Source: Calcarisporiella thermophila CBS 279.70
Taxonomy: Eukaryota; Fungi; Calcarisporiellomycota
Assembly (NCBI RefSeq): GCF_041956535.1
Contig: NW_027192212.1
Coordinates: 140,970 to 204,969 of the forward strand
Direction: 5' to 3'
DNA: 64,000 bases
Shown here: positions 35,629 to 50,100 of the stretch, in pieces
Position numbering within the stretch: position 1 is the stretch's first letter
Layout of the letters: each line of letters starts with the position of its first letter
Translations under genes and position numbers: made by a program
The notes under the pieces: model-generated
What the model saw: only the letters and a program-made list of their open reading frames with translations
Told to the model about the DNA's origin: nothing
The model's database searches: none

Positions 35629-38600
35629 TTACACTTCAACTCGAACATTTCCACTGCACATTTCCTCTAAGAACTCCTCCTCTTCTTCGTCCTCTTCTTG
35701 CTCCTCGTCATCCTCCACCATCTCCCCCTCTTCTCTATCATTCGCTCTCCCGCTATCTTGCTCCGTGCTCTCGCACGCCATCGTCCCATCCCCTCCGTCG
35801 ATAGCATCCATGTGTCTCGTATGGGCGCTCTCTGTCGGCAGAGTTACAGATCCTGTGGGAGCCGAACCCGGCACGGGGTGGGATTGCGGCGGAGAGTTGA
35901 CATGCTCCGAAGCAGGTGGGGTTACCTCTTGCAACGCCCCGCTTGTGCTGACCGGATTCACATCGGAGACGGCGCCTGTACTAGCACTGAAGTTGGAGCT
36001 GGCGCTACCGCCGCGGGAGAGAAAAGGACTGATTCCCGCGCCTACTCCCAAGCCTTGCGAAGCAGGACCCATGCGGTCCCGCGAGCCTGGCACAGCAAAC
36101 GAAGCAAACGGAGACGGACCCATTGATTCACCCCCGGCTGCGTTTCTTCTGCTCTGGAACGTTGGCACCTGTGACTGAAAAGCAGGTTGGGGCTGGGGCT
36201 GGAAGGGGTGATTATGAGAAGAGAATGAGCGAGAAGATCGGTGCTGCGTCTGAGCAACCTCCGAGGCGGCTGGCTGCCCAGCACTGGACGTAGATGACAT
36301 GTCGAAGAAAATGTTGCCCATTTCGCGGGATAATGCGCTCATAGGGGTGAGCATCCCGGGCGAGAACGCCCCGAAGGAGGTGCCAACTGGAGAAGGTAGA
36401 GAGGAAGATGGCAGAGAGATCGTGGCCGAACCTTGTGGAACAGAGAAAGAACTCAACTGCAGCCCGAGCTTGTGCCGATTGAGTTGTTGGTGGGTTCGCT
36501 GATGGTGGTGTGGGGGGTTTTGTAGCCGGTGCAAGGGCTGAAGCGAAGACGATAGCTGGTTTGAGAATGGCACCTGAGTTTGTGCCACTTCGCCTTGGAC
36601 CTGTGGGGCATGCATAGGAGCAGAGGTTAACGGGGGGATGCTTGAGCGAGGCATGGAGGGTTGGTTTGGCGATATCAACGAATCGCTCCCATTCGATGCC
36701 CGAATACTGGATCCAATACTTGGGTTCGGAGAGGATGGGGGTATCGTGTTAGCCTCCGCACTGCCTCTCTGCCGCATAATAGCCGGGGGTGAGAGTCTGC
36801 CGGATGGCATGGATGTTCCACCGGGAAGGGCAAGACCGAGGGACATAGAATTCGATTCCGAAAAAGAGCCGGAATCTATTGTTTCTTCACGCGGTCTCTT
36901 TTGGCCGGCCACTGGTGCAGTCGAAGCGACCGGGGCTGATGTGGTATTCTCATCGTCACTGTCCAAACAGATTACCTCGATAGGCCTAGCTGTGGTTGTC
37001 TTGGGGGAGGCACTGGCGGCGGCTGGAACCTTTAGCACCGATTCACTACTCCCATGTCCGCCCACATTGTCATCATCGTCGTCATCATTGTCACTGTCCG
37101 AGTCCACAGTTGCCACTACAGTCCACTGCGCATCCGCATCGAGTTCAACATCGCTTGCGTTCTCGGGAGCTTCTCGGAGTAATCGCTGCAAAAATGCGTC
37201 CACTCGGAGTCGTTCAGAAGTAGTGGTTTTGCTGAGAGCAAATGAAAAAAAAAGGGGGGGAAGGGAATATGAGTATATTAGATTCCTGAACCATGCCTGA
37301 AAAAAAGGGCATTTATGGAATTCCGACATACTTGCAGTGTGGACATTTCCATAGCTGTGTGGATCGATTAATCTCGAGATAGGACTGCAGATCGAAACAC
37401 TCGATATGACGGCACTCAACCCCGCGCACCGGAAACCGGATTCGAGTCATGCTGATTGGACACCGAAGTGATATACGCAAGTTCTTTTGCAGAATCTCTA
37501 GGTCGTCATCACTCTCTTCTTCGGCACCGTTGTCGTCTGCGCCAATCCGTTTCCCCGAAAGCAGGCGCTTCAAGAGCGAGATGCTATTCTCCTCCTCGAG
37601 GAGGTGAGACGAGACCTTTTTCTCTATGAATTCCTGTGACTCTCGAGCAAAAATTTGGATCGAAAACCCATAGGACTAACGGTAGAATGGAGAAATGATT
37701 AGGGTATAAACTACAATAACACGCACTCGTTGGAAGACAAAAACTTACACAAACACACGACGTCTGCACCAGCTTCAGGATGTTATGCCCCTGTCTTAGG
37801 TACGGTGACAGATCCACCGGGCGATTCTTCCCCACATAGGCAAAGGAATTGGATCTCCCGGGCAAGCTTACTTTTTGCTTCTATAGAACATAATGAAAGA
37901 CCACATCAGCTTGGATGCTGTAGTCCCTATCATAAGCAATGCTTCCTTGCCTTGGTGAGCTGGACCAAGCTTCCATTCAGCTCCACGTAGAAGTTCTCGG
38001 GCCATTCGCATTTGTGTGGATCAGTATGGTCTATTTCCTCCTTTTTCGATTTGTCCTGAGCAATCTTGACGGCAGTGAGTTGGAACGTGAGTGGGAGGTC
38101 CGACTCGGGTAGCTCAGGCGAAATCGAGGTCGCTTTCATGGGGCTATGTGGAGTTTAAAAAAAAAGATACCGTAAAAGTACAAAATCAGTGATGAATAGG
38201 ATAGTAAGAAAAAAAAAGACTCGCCCCACCTCCATAGTCGCCTAAAACTATCGGTGCCCATGAATATGGGTACTTCGGTCACAATTTTATTGTGTTGAAG
38301 TCGAAAGGGTCGCACCAAAAAGGTTTGAAACCGACAATATACAGGAGCATTTGGGCCGCTGAGTTCCCTAGCGGGCAGCTGGGAAGTTGCCTGCTGCTGT
38401 TTCTGCTGCTGCAGTTGGCGAGAAGCGAGGTGCTGCTGAACCTGAGCAATTTGCTGTATTAACGCTCGAGGGACTTGGCCGCCGTTGACCGATGCAATAT
38501 TAGAGGAATTGATCGCATTTTGAGACGGATGAAAGGGGCCCGCAAAGGATAAAAGCTGCCGTTGCCCAGTTGCAACCGCCTTGTTGTGCTGAGCGACGGC

Positions 38601-39452
38601 CAATGTCCATGCTCGAGTTTGCTCCGAGAGTTTAGCTATTACACACACACAAAAAAAAAACAGCACAGGAATGCTGAGCATATATGCAACCGAGGGAGGA
38701 AAAACAAATTTGGTATGTACCAGCTTGTTCGCGAGAAAACCGATCCAAGAATTGCGAGACAACCTGGAATACTCGGGCCGCCTCTATAAAATTATATCTC
38801 GGGCCGTAGTAGTGGATATACTACAATAGGGGAATAACAGCGTCAGGGACAAAGGATTGCTTGGGATGAAGCAATAGTGGCAACCTGCAAGCACGCAAAT
38901 AGTGCGTCATCTGTTTCCGGATGGTACGCCCGTTCGTCCTTGCACCATTCGACTAGCTGCTGGCAGGCGCGAGGGAATGATTCCCTAAGCTGGAGCAACT
39001 TTTGTAGCTCTTTCAGCTGACGGTTGTTATTAGCGATCACCTGCCGGCGCTTCTCTTCGGTGTTCATTCCCACAGCACTCCCAGTCGTTGTCCTGGTTGC
39101 CCCGCCGACGGCCGCTGTCGTGACAGCAGAAGCTCCATCTTTGGAAATCAAAGATTGGCAGGATGCCAGGCGAGAATTTGGAATTGGCTGAGAGGGCATG
39201 CGCGCATGGATCGGAGTGTGTAACTGTTGTGCGAATATTGGCGTTCCTAGTGGGAAAAAAGGTCATCACCAATATTAGTAATGGAACAGACCGCATATAT
39301 CCAACCGAGATCTCGGGGCGAGCCGATGACAAATGAAAACCATCGTAGGTAACTCACCCTTAAATGAGCCGCATCCCTCCCGCATCTGAGCTTTCAAGGC
39401 CTCTAGTCGCTGTAGTGCCAACCCATGATCGGTTATCTGCGAATACTGTCCA

Positions 39453-39484
<32 letters not shown>

Positions 39485-39670
39485 GTCCGAAGTATAGGCG
39501 GCATGCTGCGCTGTAGCACTGAGTGCTTGCGAATAAGCAGTGCCAGCGGAGCGCTGCATTGGCATGTAGTATTGGGGGGGCTGTTGCTGGGGAAAGGCGA
39601 GAGGAGGCGATGTCATCGAGGAGGGCGGCAGGGAGTACTGGAAAGATTGGTAAGCATTGTGATTGCTCAT
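35629..39670 (-). CDS. ZMIZ1/2-like MIZ/SP-RING zinc-finger protein, multi-exon
   Basis: SP-RING ISLRCPISMTRIRFPVRGVECRHIECFDLQSYL..WKCPHC. PFRLQHN and WP....VELNG motifs, a Zmiz1_N-like segment, a Q-rich N-terminus and a disordered acidic C-terminus. Confidence 0.88.
39453..39484. repeat. (CAG)n microsatellite encoding polyQ in the ZMIZ-like gene
   Basis: tgctgctgctgctgttgctgctgctgctgctg. Confidence 0.8.
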
Positions 39671-40752
39671 GGATACGATTTCGGTGACTACTCCAGAAAT
39701 ATGCTAAGAGGCTGTGCAATCTCTAATCCTTTGCCTAGAATATAGATCACTTTATCGTTCAACACATGTCCACGATCTGGATCCTATACAAGAATTTTTT
39801 TTAGATTGAGTAGCACCAAAATAACATCCTAGGTTAGGTTAGAATTACACCGTGCTTCTGCCCAAATTTGTCCAGCCGGACTCGCTTCTAGATATTTCCG
39901 CCGGATGCAATCTCTAAATCATGAAAATCGAGGGCCATCCCACGGAAACCCAGCCAATTCAACGCCGTGGTGGATTTCTGACAGGCATCAACCAAGGATG
40001 GTGAGTTCTGCTTTGCTCTGCCTCCCTCCATACACTGCACGACCCTGGATAATCTATTAGACCTGGGACTTTTGCTTCCAAAAATGCTCGGGCAATGCTG
40101 GCCGCGCGTTCTCCAAGTGTCCCATCCAATCTATTCAACTATACCCCTCTCCTCCTAGTCAAATGAGGTGGATTGCAAGCATGCATAGCAGATAAGCTAG
40201 ATATCCCTCCAACCAACTCCATATAGGGCTTAGACGGTTCGCCCATACCCAATCGTCACTAGCCAGTTCCCAAGCACTTCCTCAGTGGAATTTGCAGGCT
40301 TCTCTTAAGACTCTTTGCCCTAAGCAATCGCAAGGGTGCCAGAGCCGGCCTCCCTCCACCCATAGAGGCCCAACCTGAGACGGTGAAAGGGACACGTGAT
40401 CCTAGGGGATGGCATTTTTATTTTCCACACATAACTATAGAAAGTAACAGATAAACAAAAGTATACATACAACTCCTATATCAAGGGGTCTTATTTTCGA
40501 GAGAGAAACACACAACACAATAAATAAAAGGGGGGTTGACAGAAAACCTATACTACAAACCAGAAATAAAAAAGAGAGGAAAATAGAGTAGAAAACGGTA
40601 TCCAGAAATATTAAGAAAAAAAAAAAGGAATAGGGCAAGAAGTTAGAGAATATAAGAATAAGATTTGAAAAAAGTCTTTGGGATTAACTCAGCCACTATT
40701 CCGCTATACACAATTAAGATACTTTGCCTAGCACTAGCTCCATCTCCAATGG

Positions 40753-42985
40753 CTAATACTCGATATGCACCAAAATTTTGTTTGCATCCTTCGCCAACGC
40801 TCTATCCAAGTCTTCGTCCTTTTGGACTGGGAAGCGCTCGCCGGTGGTCGGGTCTTTATACACCATTTCCCACTGGGCCACCGTTGGTGGCAGCGTGATT
40901 CGCTCATCCACCCTCATGCGCAGCTCGTCCGCCGTGATATCGAATGGCACGCGGATCACGATAATCTCGTCTTGGTGGTGGAAAATCTTAACCTTGATGA
41001 GGTGTTGCTCTGTGCGCGTGCGGAGTGAGGGCTGTTGCGGATAACTGGGGTGGCTGGTGGTTTGGTCGCCGGCTCCAATAGGAGGCGTGGGCAGGCTGTC
41101 GATCATAGCCTGCACTGCTGTTTTCGGCTGATCCGGGATTGGCGAAGGAGGGGCCGATGACATGGGAGAGTTCGGGTGAGAAGTGTATCCACCGCCACCA
41201 TTTGTGCCCGGAGTGGGAGGCGGGTGCAGACTCGAAGACGAGTCCAGGCCTTGCTTTTGCACGGCGAAGTCGGGCGTGTCGTCTCTATGGTCGCGGCCCT
41301 GCAAACCAAACAGCTGGTCAAACAGACTGGCACCTCGAATGCGCTCAGGCAATTGACACAGCTCCTTCACATAGACGTCCAAATCGACGCGGCGCTGTGC
41401 GGTGATGGCGTCGTCGACCGCAGAGGTGGGGCCGGGCATGTAGGGCAGAATTCGCTCATCGCCTGCTCGACCTGCTTCGCGAGGAAAGCGATCGAGAAGT
41501 GCGACTTGGAACCCATAAAAGTGGCCGTAGGTGCGGTAAAGCTTGCGCCGCTCTCCCGACCTAGTTTCGGCGTGGCAAATGAACCAGTATTCGCCCTCGT
41601 CATAGTAGAATGAGTCGACTCCCGCGGAGACGACGGTATCCTCGTTCTCCCGCGGTTTGTTTAGGTGCAAGCGATCGCCGAAATCACCGAGCGTATCGCT
41701 GTCCATGGTGCCGGATCGTTTGAGGGGATGGCGGTTTACGTTGTGAGGCACAGGGGAGGGGCCGTTTCGTTCCATGATCGGCTGGAGGGGTGTTGGCGTG
41801 CGCTGCTGTTGGTGCTGGTGCTGGTGCTGATGCTGCTGATGCTGCTGGTGCTGTAGTTGCCACTCAGAAGGATGCGTGGTTTTCGGTGGTAGTGCGGGAG
41901 ATTCTGCCCGCGGCTGTCTCAATTGCTGATGGTCCATCGAGGGCATCTTGCGCAGTTGAGGAGGGAGGTTGCGTTGCTGCATGTGTTCTAGGGATGGCAT
42001 CTTCTTCACATTGTGCAGGTGTTGCTGTGGCCATGGGGCTTGGTATTGCGGTTGGGGTGCACGAGTTTGAAGAGGAAGCCCTTGCTGTTGCAAAGGATGC
42101 GGGTGGTGCTTCGGAGGGGGACCCTGGTATCTCTCGAACACCTCATCCTCGCTCTCGTCCGTCTCGTCTAGCTCCTCCTCCGCTATCCGATTTTCTCTGG
42201 CAGCCATCTTCTGGCCATAGTCGAATCGCCCCAGCGGTATACTCGTTGCCTCGTATCCCCGGGCCATCTTCTTCCACTCTTCAACCTTTGGGATATAGTC
42301 CTTCTGCAGCAGCGCCTCCACGTTTGGCACCGGCCTGCCCGAGGCCGGATCTCGAACCTCCACGAATGCGCACGGAATGAGCCCGGGCCCCCCCAGGCGG
42401 CCAATGGGTTTTGCGACAAACCATTCCAGGCTCGAGTGCGCAATAAGCACAAGGCTTTCGCCTCGTCTAGCTTCGAGCTCGTCCTCTCGTTCGGCGCGGA
42501 AATCGTACATGACGACTCCATAGAGAGATTGTATTTTTTTAGCGGCCTTCTTCTCGGCTAAATCTGTCGCGGATGGGGAAGAGAAAGGGAAACACGGTTA
42601 GAATCGGATCCCCCCCCATTGGACTAGCTTGCTGTGCCCACTTACCATCTCCTTGCTTCCGCGTGGGCAGGCTCTCGACCTGTGGGGCGGTGCTTTCTAG
42701 CATCTGGAAGCATGCGAGCGGCACGAGCCCCCTCGCCTTGGTCACTGGATTGCAAGCCTCGATCCAGTCTCCGAATTGCTTGTTCACGACCAGGAAGAAG
42801 TCTCCCTGGCGGAAAGAGAGCTCTCCCGGGCGGGTTGCACGATAGTCTTGGATGGCTTTAATGACCTTGGTGCTTGGGGTGAGGGTGGGGTCATTGCGCG
42901 TCGGCGGGCCAATGGGCCCAGATATCTTGTCCTTGATTGCGCGACGCAAGTCCTTATCGGACCTACGAGGACGGATTTTATTCAT
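40753..42985 (-). CDS. BEM1: Polarity scaffold Bem1/Scd2 (SH3-SH3-PX-PB1), 2 exons
   Basis: SH3 #1 KVIKAIQDY..ELSFRQGDFF; SH3 #2 YDFRAEREDEL..WFVAKPIGRLGGPGLIP; PX domain LYRTYGHFYGFQVALLDRFPREAG...LPYMPGP; C-terminal PB1 domain IKVKIF...YKD. Confidence 0.95.
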
Positions 42986-43757
42986 GCCTTGGAAGGAATT
43001 ACGACGGATAAATTCCGTGACTTTATTTTGGGGGAGCTGCTGCTAGTGCTGTTGTTGCTGGTGCAGTTGCCGATGTTATTGTTGTTGTTATTGCCGGTGT
43101 GGGAAGTGATGGGAGCGCACTAGGGCGGAGGTCGAATAAAGGGGGGGGGAGGGGGTGCAATGAGAGCAAATGCAGCGGGAATGGCCACGGCAGAAGAGGC
43201 GATAGCGATATGCGGCGCTCCGGCTGCTAGCGATAGGGATGCAAATGGGAGGCGAATGGGAGAAATGATGAGGAATGGGCAGGAAGGAACGAGCTCTCTA
43301 GAGTTTAAGGTTGGGTGCGATCCATTGGTACGCGGAATGTGAAACTTATCGCGATCCACAACTTAAAGAGAATTCCGGTCTCCTCGCCTGCTTTGGTGAG
43401 GGGGGAAATACCAATGCTTGCGTGCGATAAGGGCCGATGCGATTTGCGGCTCAGCGAAACCGATTAAGCACTTGGATGTATTCAAAACACAATCGAGTCG
43501 GGAAGGGGAAAACACAGCCATTCTTCTAGGAATCAGCCCCAGACGCGGCCGGGGGTCGGGGAAAAAGATCCCACAACCTTAAACCGCGTCGGCGGGGAAT
43601 CAAGGGGATGAGATATCGTCTTGGGAGGGTATTACAAAGCATAGAAATAGGAAAAGTATTAAATAATCAACTGTTAAATAGGGATTGCGTAGGCAGGCAG
43701 GGCGCAGCGTCACCAGGGCCTCATTAACCTAATGTTCATACATGGAAGCGGAAACTC

Positions 43758-45767
43758 CTACGAGCGCCAATTTGGATGGCCAGCCTCATGGGAGGATGAC
43801 GTTGGGGGTGCTTGCGGGATTTCGTCGAGATCTTCCCACTCCGCAGCGCCATTTCGAACTTGCCACTGAGACGGCGGAGGCCGATTCTCAGCCTGCTGCG
43901 GCTCAGCATACCCGGGGCCATCATCCCGATCGGCATAGTGCGATCGCCCGTAGAGCGCATCGTCGGGCCCCTTGTCCATCCCATATCCATAGCCCCCGCC
44001 ATAGCCGCGGGCCTGCTCCCCAAGGTCCTCCTCCCCCCGATAGTGGGGCTCATACCCTGCCGCACCGTGTCGGTGATGGTCCGGCTGCATCCCCTCGTAG
44101 GAGGCGGGCGCCAACGGCGGCCCCGAGAGCGAGTTCCGATGGCTGGACGCGAGCTCGATATCGTTGACGTCCGAAACACTGGCGCTCGAATACAGCGCGG
44201 GGTCACGCCCTATGCTGATGGGTGGCTTGCCGAAGTCGCGTCGGACACTCTCGAAGGGGACCGAGTAGAACTCGTCGTGCTGCTTACGTTTGCTGCGACG
44301 AATGAAGAGGAAGATGGCGGCGCCCAACGCCGCAAGGCCAACCACGCCGCCTGTGATGCCGCCCGCCAGAGCCGGAACGGACGGTCCGTTGCCTGCAGCG
44401 GGACTGCTGCCGCTTTTAAGGTCGGAGCTGGCCGTGGAGGTCGGGGCCGAATTCTGAGCCGAATCGGCCGGGGTCTGGGGAGAGGCGGCCGAACCGGACT
44501 TGGTTGCCGAAGGAGGCGAACTCGAGGGAGAGGTGGAGGCGGGGGGCGCTGCAGCGGTCAAGTCGAGTCGATCCGGCGTGTATTGCGTCAACCAAGTCCA
44601 AGTGTTGGTGTCCAAAGCGAAGATGGTATTGTCGCCTACATCCGATTCGCCTTCTTTAATCTGCCCAAATGCACACACCATTCGAGTGCCGGCCATCGTA
44701 CAGGAATGCTCTTGCCGACCGGCCGGCTTAGTTCCCTGCGTGGTTGGAGCGCTCCACGTGGGCGGATTCTGGGTCGTGTCGAGCACGGCAATATCCGAAT
44801 AATAAGTGGAATAGTCCGCGTTGGAACCCCCGAATAGGATGATTTTTCCATCGTGAGTCGCGACCGTGGAATGGCCCTGGCGCGGAGCAGGAAGAGCCCC
44901 GCCTGCGGTCTAATGGTAGGGCCAACATAAGGTCCAGAAAAACAAACGCTCGCAGACGGTACTTACCAGCGTGGTCCATGAACTCGTGCGCACATTATAG
45001 CAGTCGATCCGGCTCATCTCCACCAATGCCTCTTTTCCAGCTGCCCCCCCGATCACGTAAATATTGTCACCCACCATGACCAGCCCATGATGAACGCGTG
45101 CATTTGGAGCGCCAGAGGCCGTCGCCCTCACAAAATTTGTTCCCGGACTCTGAGTTGTGTCCAGCAACCACAATTCATTCGTCACGGGGTTTTCCGTGTT
45201 TGGGTCTTCTCCAGCCCAGACATACAATTTACCGTCCGAAAGATGCGACACCATATTTCTGCCCTGCCTCCTCCTCGGATCCGGCAATACGGCCCCTTCC
45301 GGATGATTCCAGGTACCTGAAACCGTGTTATAGTAATAGAATGGGGATGGCTCAGAGATGTTCCCTCCGTAGAGATACAGATGTTTGTTTCCAGGGCCAC
45401 CAACGGAAAAGCCTGGGAACGCTACTGCTGGGCCGGTACTGCTGGGCTCGCTAGCGAAATTGTAGTCACTGCCTCCCAACGCGAAAGACTGCGTCATATC
45501 GAGGACTAAAAGCTCGTTAGTGGATTGCTTGGTGGCTTCCACCGTCATGCCACCATACAGATATAGCCTAGTGCATCAAAACAAGAGCGTTGAAATGAAA
45601 GAACACAGTGAATAAACCAAAATTATCGTCATTGGACATGATTGATTGTTTCCATACTTATTGTCGACCAAAGCAGCACCATGGCCCCAACGTTTCTGTG
45701 GAGTCAGTGCAAGAGTAGCGGAAGTTAGAGACCCTAAGAGGATACAAGTCAAGAATGCTCGTTTCAT
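43758..45767 (-). CDS. Type I membrane protein with an extracellular Kelch beta-propeller (3 exons)
   Basis: Signal peptide MKRAFLTCILLGSLTSATLA; Kelch motifs (RWGHGAAL, LYLYGG, IYVIGG, IILFGG); Ser/Ala/Pro stalk; TM GGITGGVVGLAALGAAIFLFI followed by RRSKRK. Confidence 0.85.
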
Positions 45768-47117
45768 CGGTGCATTGGATGGAGAGGAAAAATAAATAAT
45801 CGAATGCTACAATCTCGGAACAAAGCCAAAGTTCAATATGCTAACGCCCTCCTTGTTTGCGCGTGCTGGGAACTCCAGAGGCGCGAGATGATTGTATAAA
45901 AAAAAATGTGGCACCAGAATTAACAAAGTGACACCGAAATTCTCGGTTTAATCCGCATCCATAGTAACTGGTTCTTCGAGAGGGCGCGAGTGGCTTGGTA
46001 ACCCTAAGTCGGTTCCTTTTTGACAAAGCGGAAAAGAATCTCGCCTCTATTTTTTCAGCTGGCTGTTCTCTTCTCTAGTCCCCTATCACATGCTTATTCT
46101 AACCCCCTATTCAAATAGGCGAAAGCCTATCTCTGCGCCTAACTCGAGCCATAGCACCGCAGAGACACAGTTTGGAAATAAAAATTGCCCGCTAAAAACA
46201 ATGCGCCAAGAGGAGTGAATAATCTCCTCTGCCGCCTTTTCTTCCATCTCTATCCAACTGCGAATGGCTGCTCGAGTTTGCACTGGTTCCAGCGCTTGTT
46301 CCCAAACTAGCTTATCTCAGCACCCATTGGTCCGCGTCCCAACGAAGCTCTTAGGGCCATAAAATTGAACATTTATATTGGGGCTGCGTTTTTCTGAATA
46401 GTATGGACAGTTTCACTATCTTTTTGAAAAATGTCCGGATATTGCCAGATAGGTTCTGATTCGATTCGATTCAACCTACTTGCCGTCGGGCCACACACGC
46501 AAAAGCGGAAGTTTTCATTCGGCTCGCTCTTTCAAGAATAATCTGTAACGGCCAAAAGAATGCTTATGGAAGAGATACCACGCACTCTACATGCTGGATC
46601 TGGCTGAATGGTATACACTCAAACCCCCCGGCAAGGGCCTTGCCTATCGCCAGTGGAGGGACTTGCCCAAATAATTTCTTTGCCCAGGTCCCCGGCTTGG
46701 GGAAATTTTAAAGATTTAATTTAACTAGAATGGAATAGCCAATGTTTCCCTTTGTTTTTAACTATATTCTTTTGACACAGTAGAGCGGGTTGCATGACTG
46801 GGGATAGAAAGAGGGACTTAAGAGGCCATCCCCGTGGCATGACACGAGGCATCCTTCTTTAAACTGTGCAGTTAAGCCCGTCTGCACCTCGCTTGATTCC
46901 TCCCACCATACGATCCCCCCCTCCCCTCTGATAGAGTACGGTGAGAGGCAATCTCGGTGGACCCTCCTTGGCTACCGTTATCCTGACTGCGCCGAAAATA
47001 AAAACCAGTGGCTTATCCCTTATTGTTCCTTACTGTCGCAATTTGCTCTTTCTCATAAACAAAAACGTTTCTTTTTATTGATCGAAATTCCCCGGGCACA
47101 AACATCACTTATCCAAA

Positions 47118-50100
47118 ATGGATCTGAATCCCACTGCCATTGCCAATAAGCTAGACACAAACATGGATCCGAGTGCTGCTATCACAACTCTTCGTGTTGA
47201 TCATGCCACTATAACCAAAGAGCTTGCGCGCTTTAGGGCGTGCGACGACCTGACTCGTAGCTTCTATTGCCGGGAATGGTCCCAATCCATTTATAAGCGC
47301 CACTTTGCTTGGAATGCTAAAACGCAAGAGGATGTGCAGCAGCAGCAACAGCAACAGCAGCAAAGGGATTCGACAAAAGGCAGCGCTGCATCGAGCATAA
47401 AGCCAAAGAAGTCAAAGGTTGCGACGGTGTGCCAAGGACTAGAGCGAACCATTGAAGAGAATGGGAATAGCCTGGATGAACAGGAGATCACCATTCAAAC
47501 GGTGGCCTCGGATATCCGGGAATGGATCACCTCTCCGTCCGCTCTCTTCACTCTCCCCGATGTCTTTTCTCCAGTGGAGCTCGATTCATTCCCCCCTTCC
47601 GTCCCCATGCCTGACCACGAAGACGATCCAACCTATCTACTCGATCCGCTCCTGATCCATAAAGCGTGCATATCATTGCCTGGCCACGGCTTCCAGCTGT
47701 TGAAGCATATTACCAGGGATGTCCTTCTTTCACATATACAGCCGCAATGCCATCATACCCGCCCGGAATTCAAAACGCCATCCGAGTTAGAGGTCGAGCG
47801 ACGTATCCTTAACGATGACTTAGCCACTGCTCATCAGCGCAGTCTTGAGGACGCCCACGATCTTCTGAACAAGGTGTGGCGCCCAACCCTCGATTTTTTG
47901 CAGCGGATGCTCCGCCTCGATGCACAGCGGCACCAGGCCATCGGCCGCGGATGCGTGGAGACGGCGTCGAACTTCTGCCGCACCCACAAGAAGCTTCTGC
48001 AGGGTTTCAACGAGTACTGGACCCCCGTCGTGGAGGCGCACCGTAAATCGCGGAAAACGTGTGAGGAGCTCGATGCCGCGTTCAGCGAATACCTCGGTCA
48101 CTGGCAGACGGTGGCCGATCGATGGCAAGAGGAATTCGTCGAGGTGCATACCCAGCAGGCGGAGCAGTTTGCGGAGGACTTCTTGGACTTTTGCACGCAG
48201 AGCGTGACCGAGGCCGCAGCGCGCCTGAAGAAAAAGGTGGACGCGGGTGGGGCTTCGCGAGAAGAGCTCAAGGGGGCACCTCAGATGGCGCGCGAAGCGG
48301 TCATCGCGTACATCAACGCCGCCATTCCCCGCCTGCGTGCCCAGCTTGGGCATGCACGCTCCATGATCCAGCACAAGTGCAAGGAGTTCCCGGCCGAGAT
48401 CCAAGCCCTTGAGGACCTGTGGGCCACTTCGCAAGCCAACGTCGTGGGTCGCCTGGAGAAAGCCGCCAACAAGGAGTTTCGTAAGCGGCTAAAGCGGCTC
48501 GAGCAACTGCACCAACAGTTGCGCCAGATGAGCCTCGCTGAGTTCCACGAGCTCTTCCCGGCGAGCGACTTCGCGATGGTGTGCCTGCGGTGCCTGGAGC
48601 TGCTGATGATGGACGGCGAGCTCGAGGAGGCGGCTCAGCTGAGGCACTACTACGAGTCGTGCTTCGAGCCCTTGGCCTTGGAGCTCGGCGAGAGGCGCCA
48701 GAAATTGCTCGAGGAATTCCGCGAGGGAGTGGTGACGGGCCGCCGGGAGCTCGCGGGGATTTTGGGCCGGCTTTTCCTGAAGGAGGGCCTCCGAATTCAG
48801 GAGGAGAACCTGGCGCTCAAAAAGCAAGAGATGTTTTTGAAGGAGCTGGGTGCCTCGGGAGGAAACAGCGCGGCGGTAGAAGAGGTCGGCTCCAATGGCG
48901 GGGGCGGAGGCGGCAAAAAGAAGAATAAAAAGAAGAAGAAGAAGCCGGCCGGCACGCCCACGACGGTGGCGGTGCAGCATGCCGATCAGGCGTCGGAGTC
49001 CTCGTCCATGCCGGGGACGCCGACGGTTGAGCGCAGTGCCGAGGAGCAAGAGCTGCCCCCTCCGCCGGCCGAGGACACAAAGGAGAAACGAGAGGCCATC
49101 ACCAAGTCACCCCAACCCAAGATACCTCCCATGCAATCGATACACTCAGGGGAGCGAGTAGAACGACCACCCCCACCACGACCCTCCCCCACAGGTGAGC
49201 CGGCCACGGAAAAGAAGAAGGAGAGAGAGCGGAAAAAAGCCAATGGTCATGCGGTCGCGCCCCCCCGAGACGAATTCCCTGTCCCCATCGCTGAGTCTGT
49301 AGTGCCTGCCTCGCTACCCCCACCAGCGCCTCCCGCACCCGAAGCCCCCCTCTCCCCATCCCCATCGCCGCAGCATCGCGAGGCCCAAGCGGACGAGAAG
49401 GGGGCGATGGTGGGGGGGGTGGGCGAGAAGGCGGTGGCATCCAAGGAAACGAAAGGGACAAACAAAGCATTACCCGTGGAAGATACCCCGGCTGACAAGA
49501 TTCCAGTCGCCTCGATCGTCAACGAACCCCAACCCGTCTCAGGTGAGCAGCACCACTTGGGGTCGGGCCCAGCGGCAGAGCCCACCACATCCTCGCCCGC
49601 ACCCACCGACCAGCAGCCAACCGGCACAGGGTCAAATCTGGACAACGTCCCTCGTGCCGAACTCATGGCATTGGTGAATTCTCTGCATGCGGAGAACGCC
49701 CAGCTGATGGCCACGATCACTAGCATGCACCAAGAGATGCAGGGTATCACGAACCGCTACATGGAGGTGGTGAATGTTTTGCGTGAGCGCGAACAACAAG
49801 CCATCCACGCCGCCGAGCAGCAGCAGAAGCAAATCGAAGAAGCACAAAAATATATCCAAGCCCTGGAAACGCGGCTTCAGCAGCTGGAGTTGGAGCGCCG
49901 CTCTGCGGCGGCGCTTCCCTCGTCGCCCATGTTCGAGACCTTGACGTTGGGCGGAGCACTGCCGCGACCGGGAAGCAGCTGCAGCAACGTTGGGGCTGGC
50001 TCAAATGCCGCGATTGGAACCCGAGACGGGCTCGCGGTGGGCTCACCCGCATTTGGGATGAGAGCCTCGTCCACCTCCTCGGCGCCGGGTACGGTCTCCA

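Noticed and set aside
46085-46130. CTAACCCCCTA plus an ATAGGC-GAAA-GCCTAT hairpin as telomerase RNA or a ribozyme
   Set aside because: An isolated 6-bp hairpin with no pseudoknot or hammerhead core visible.
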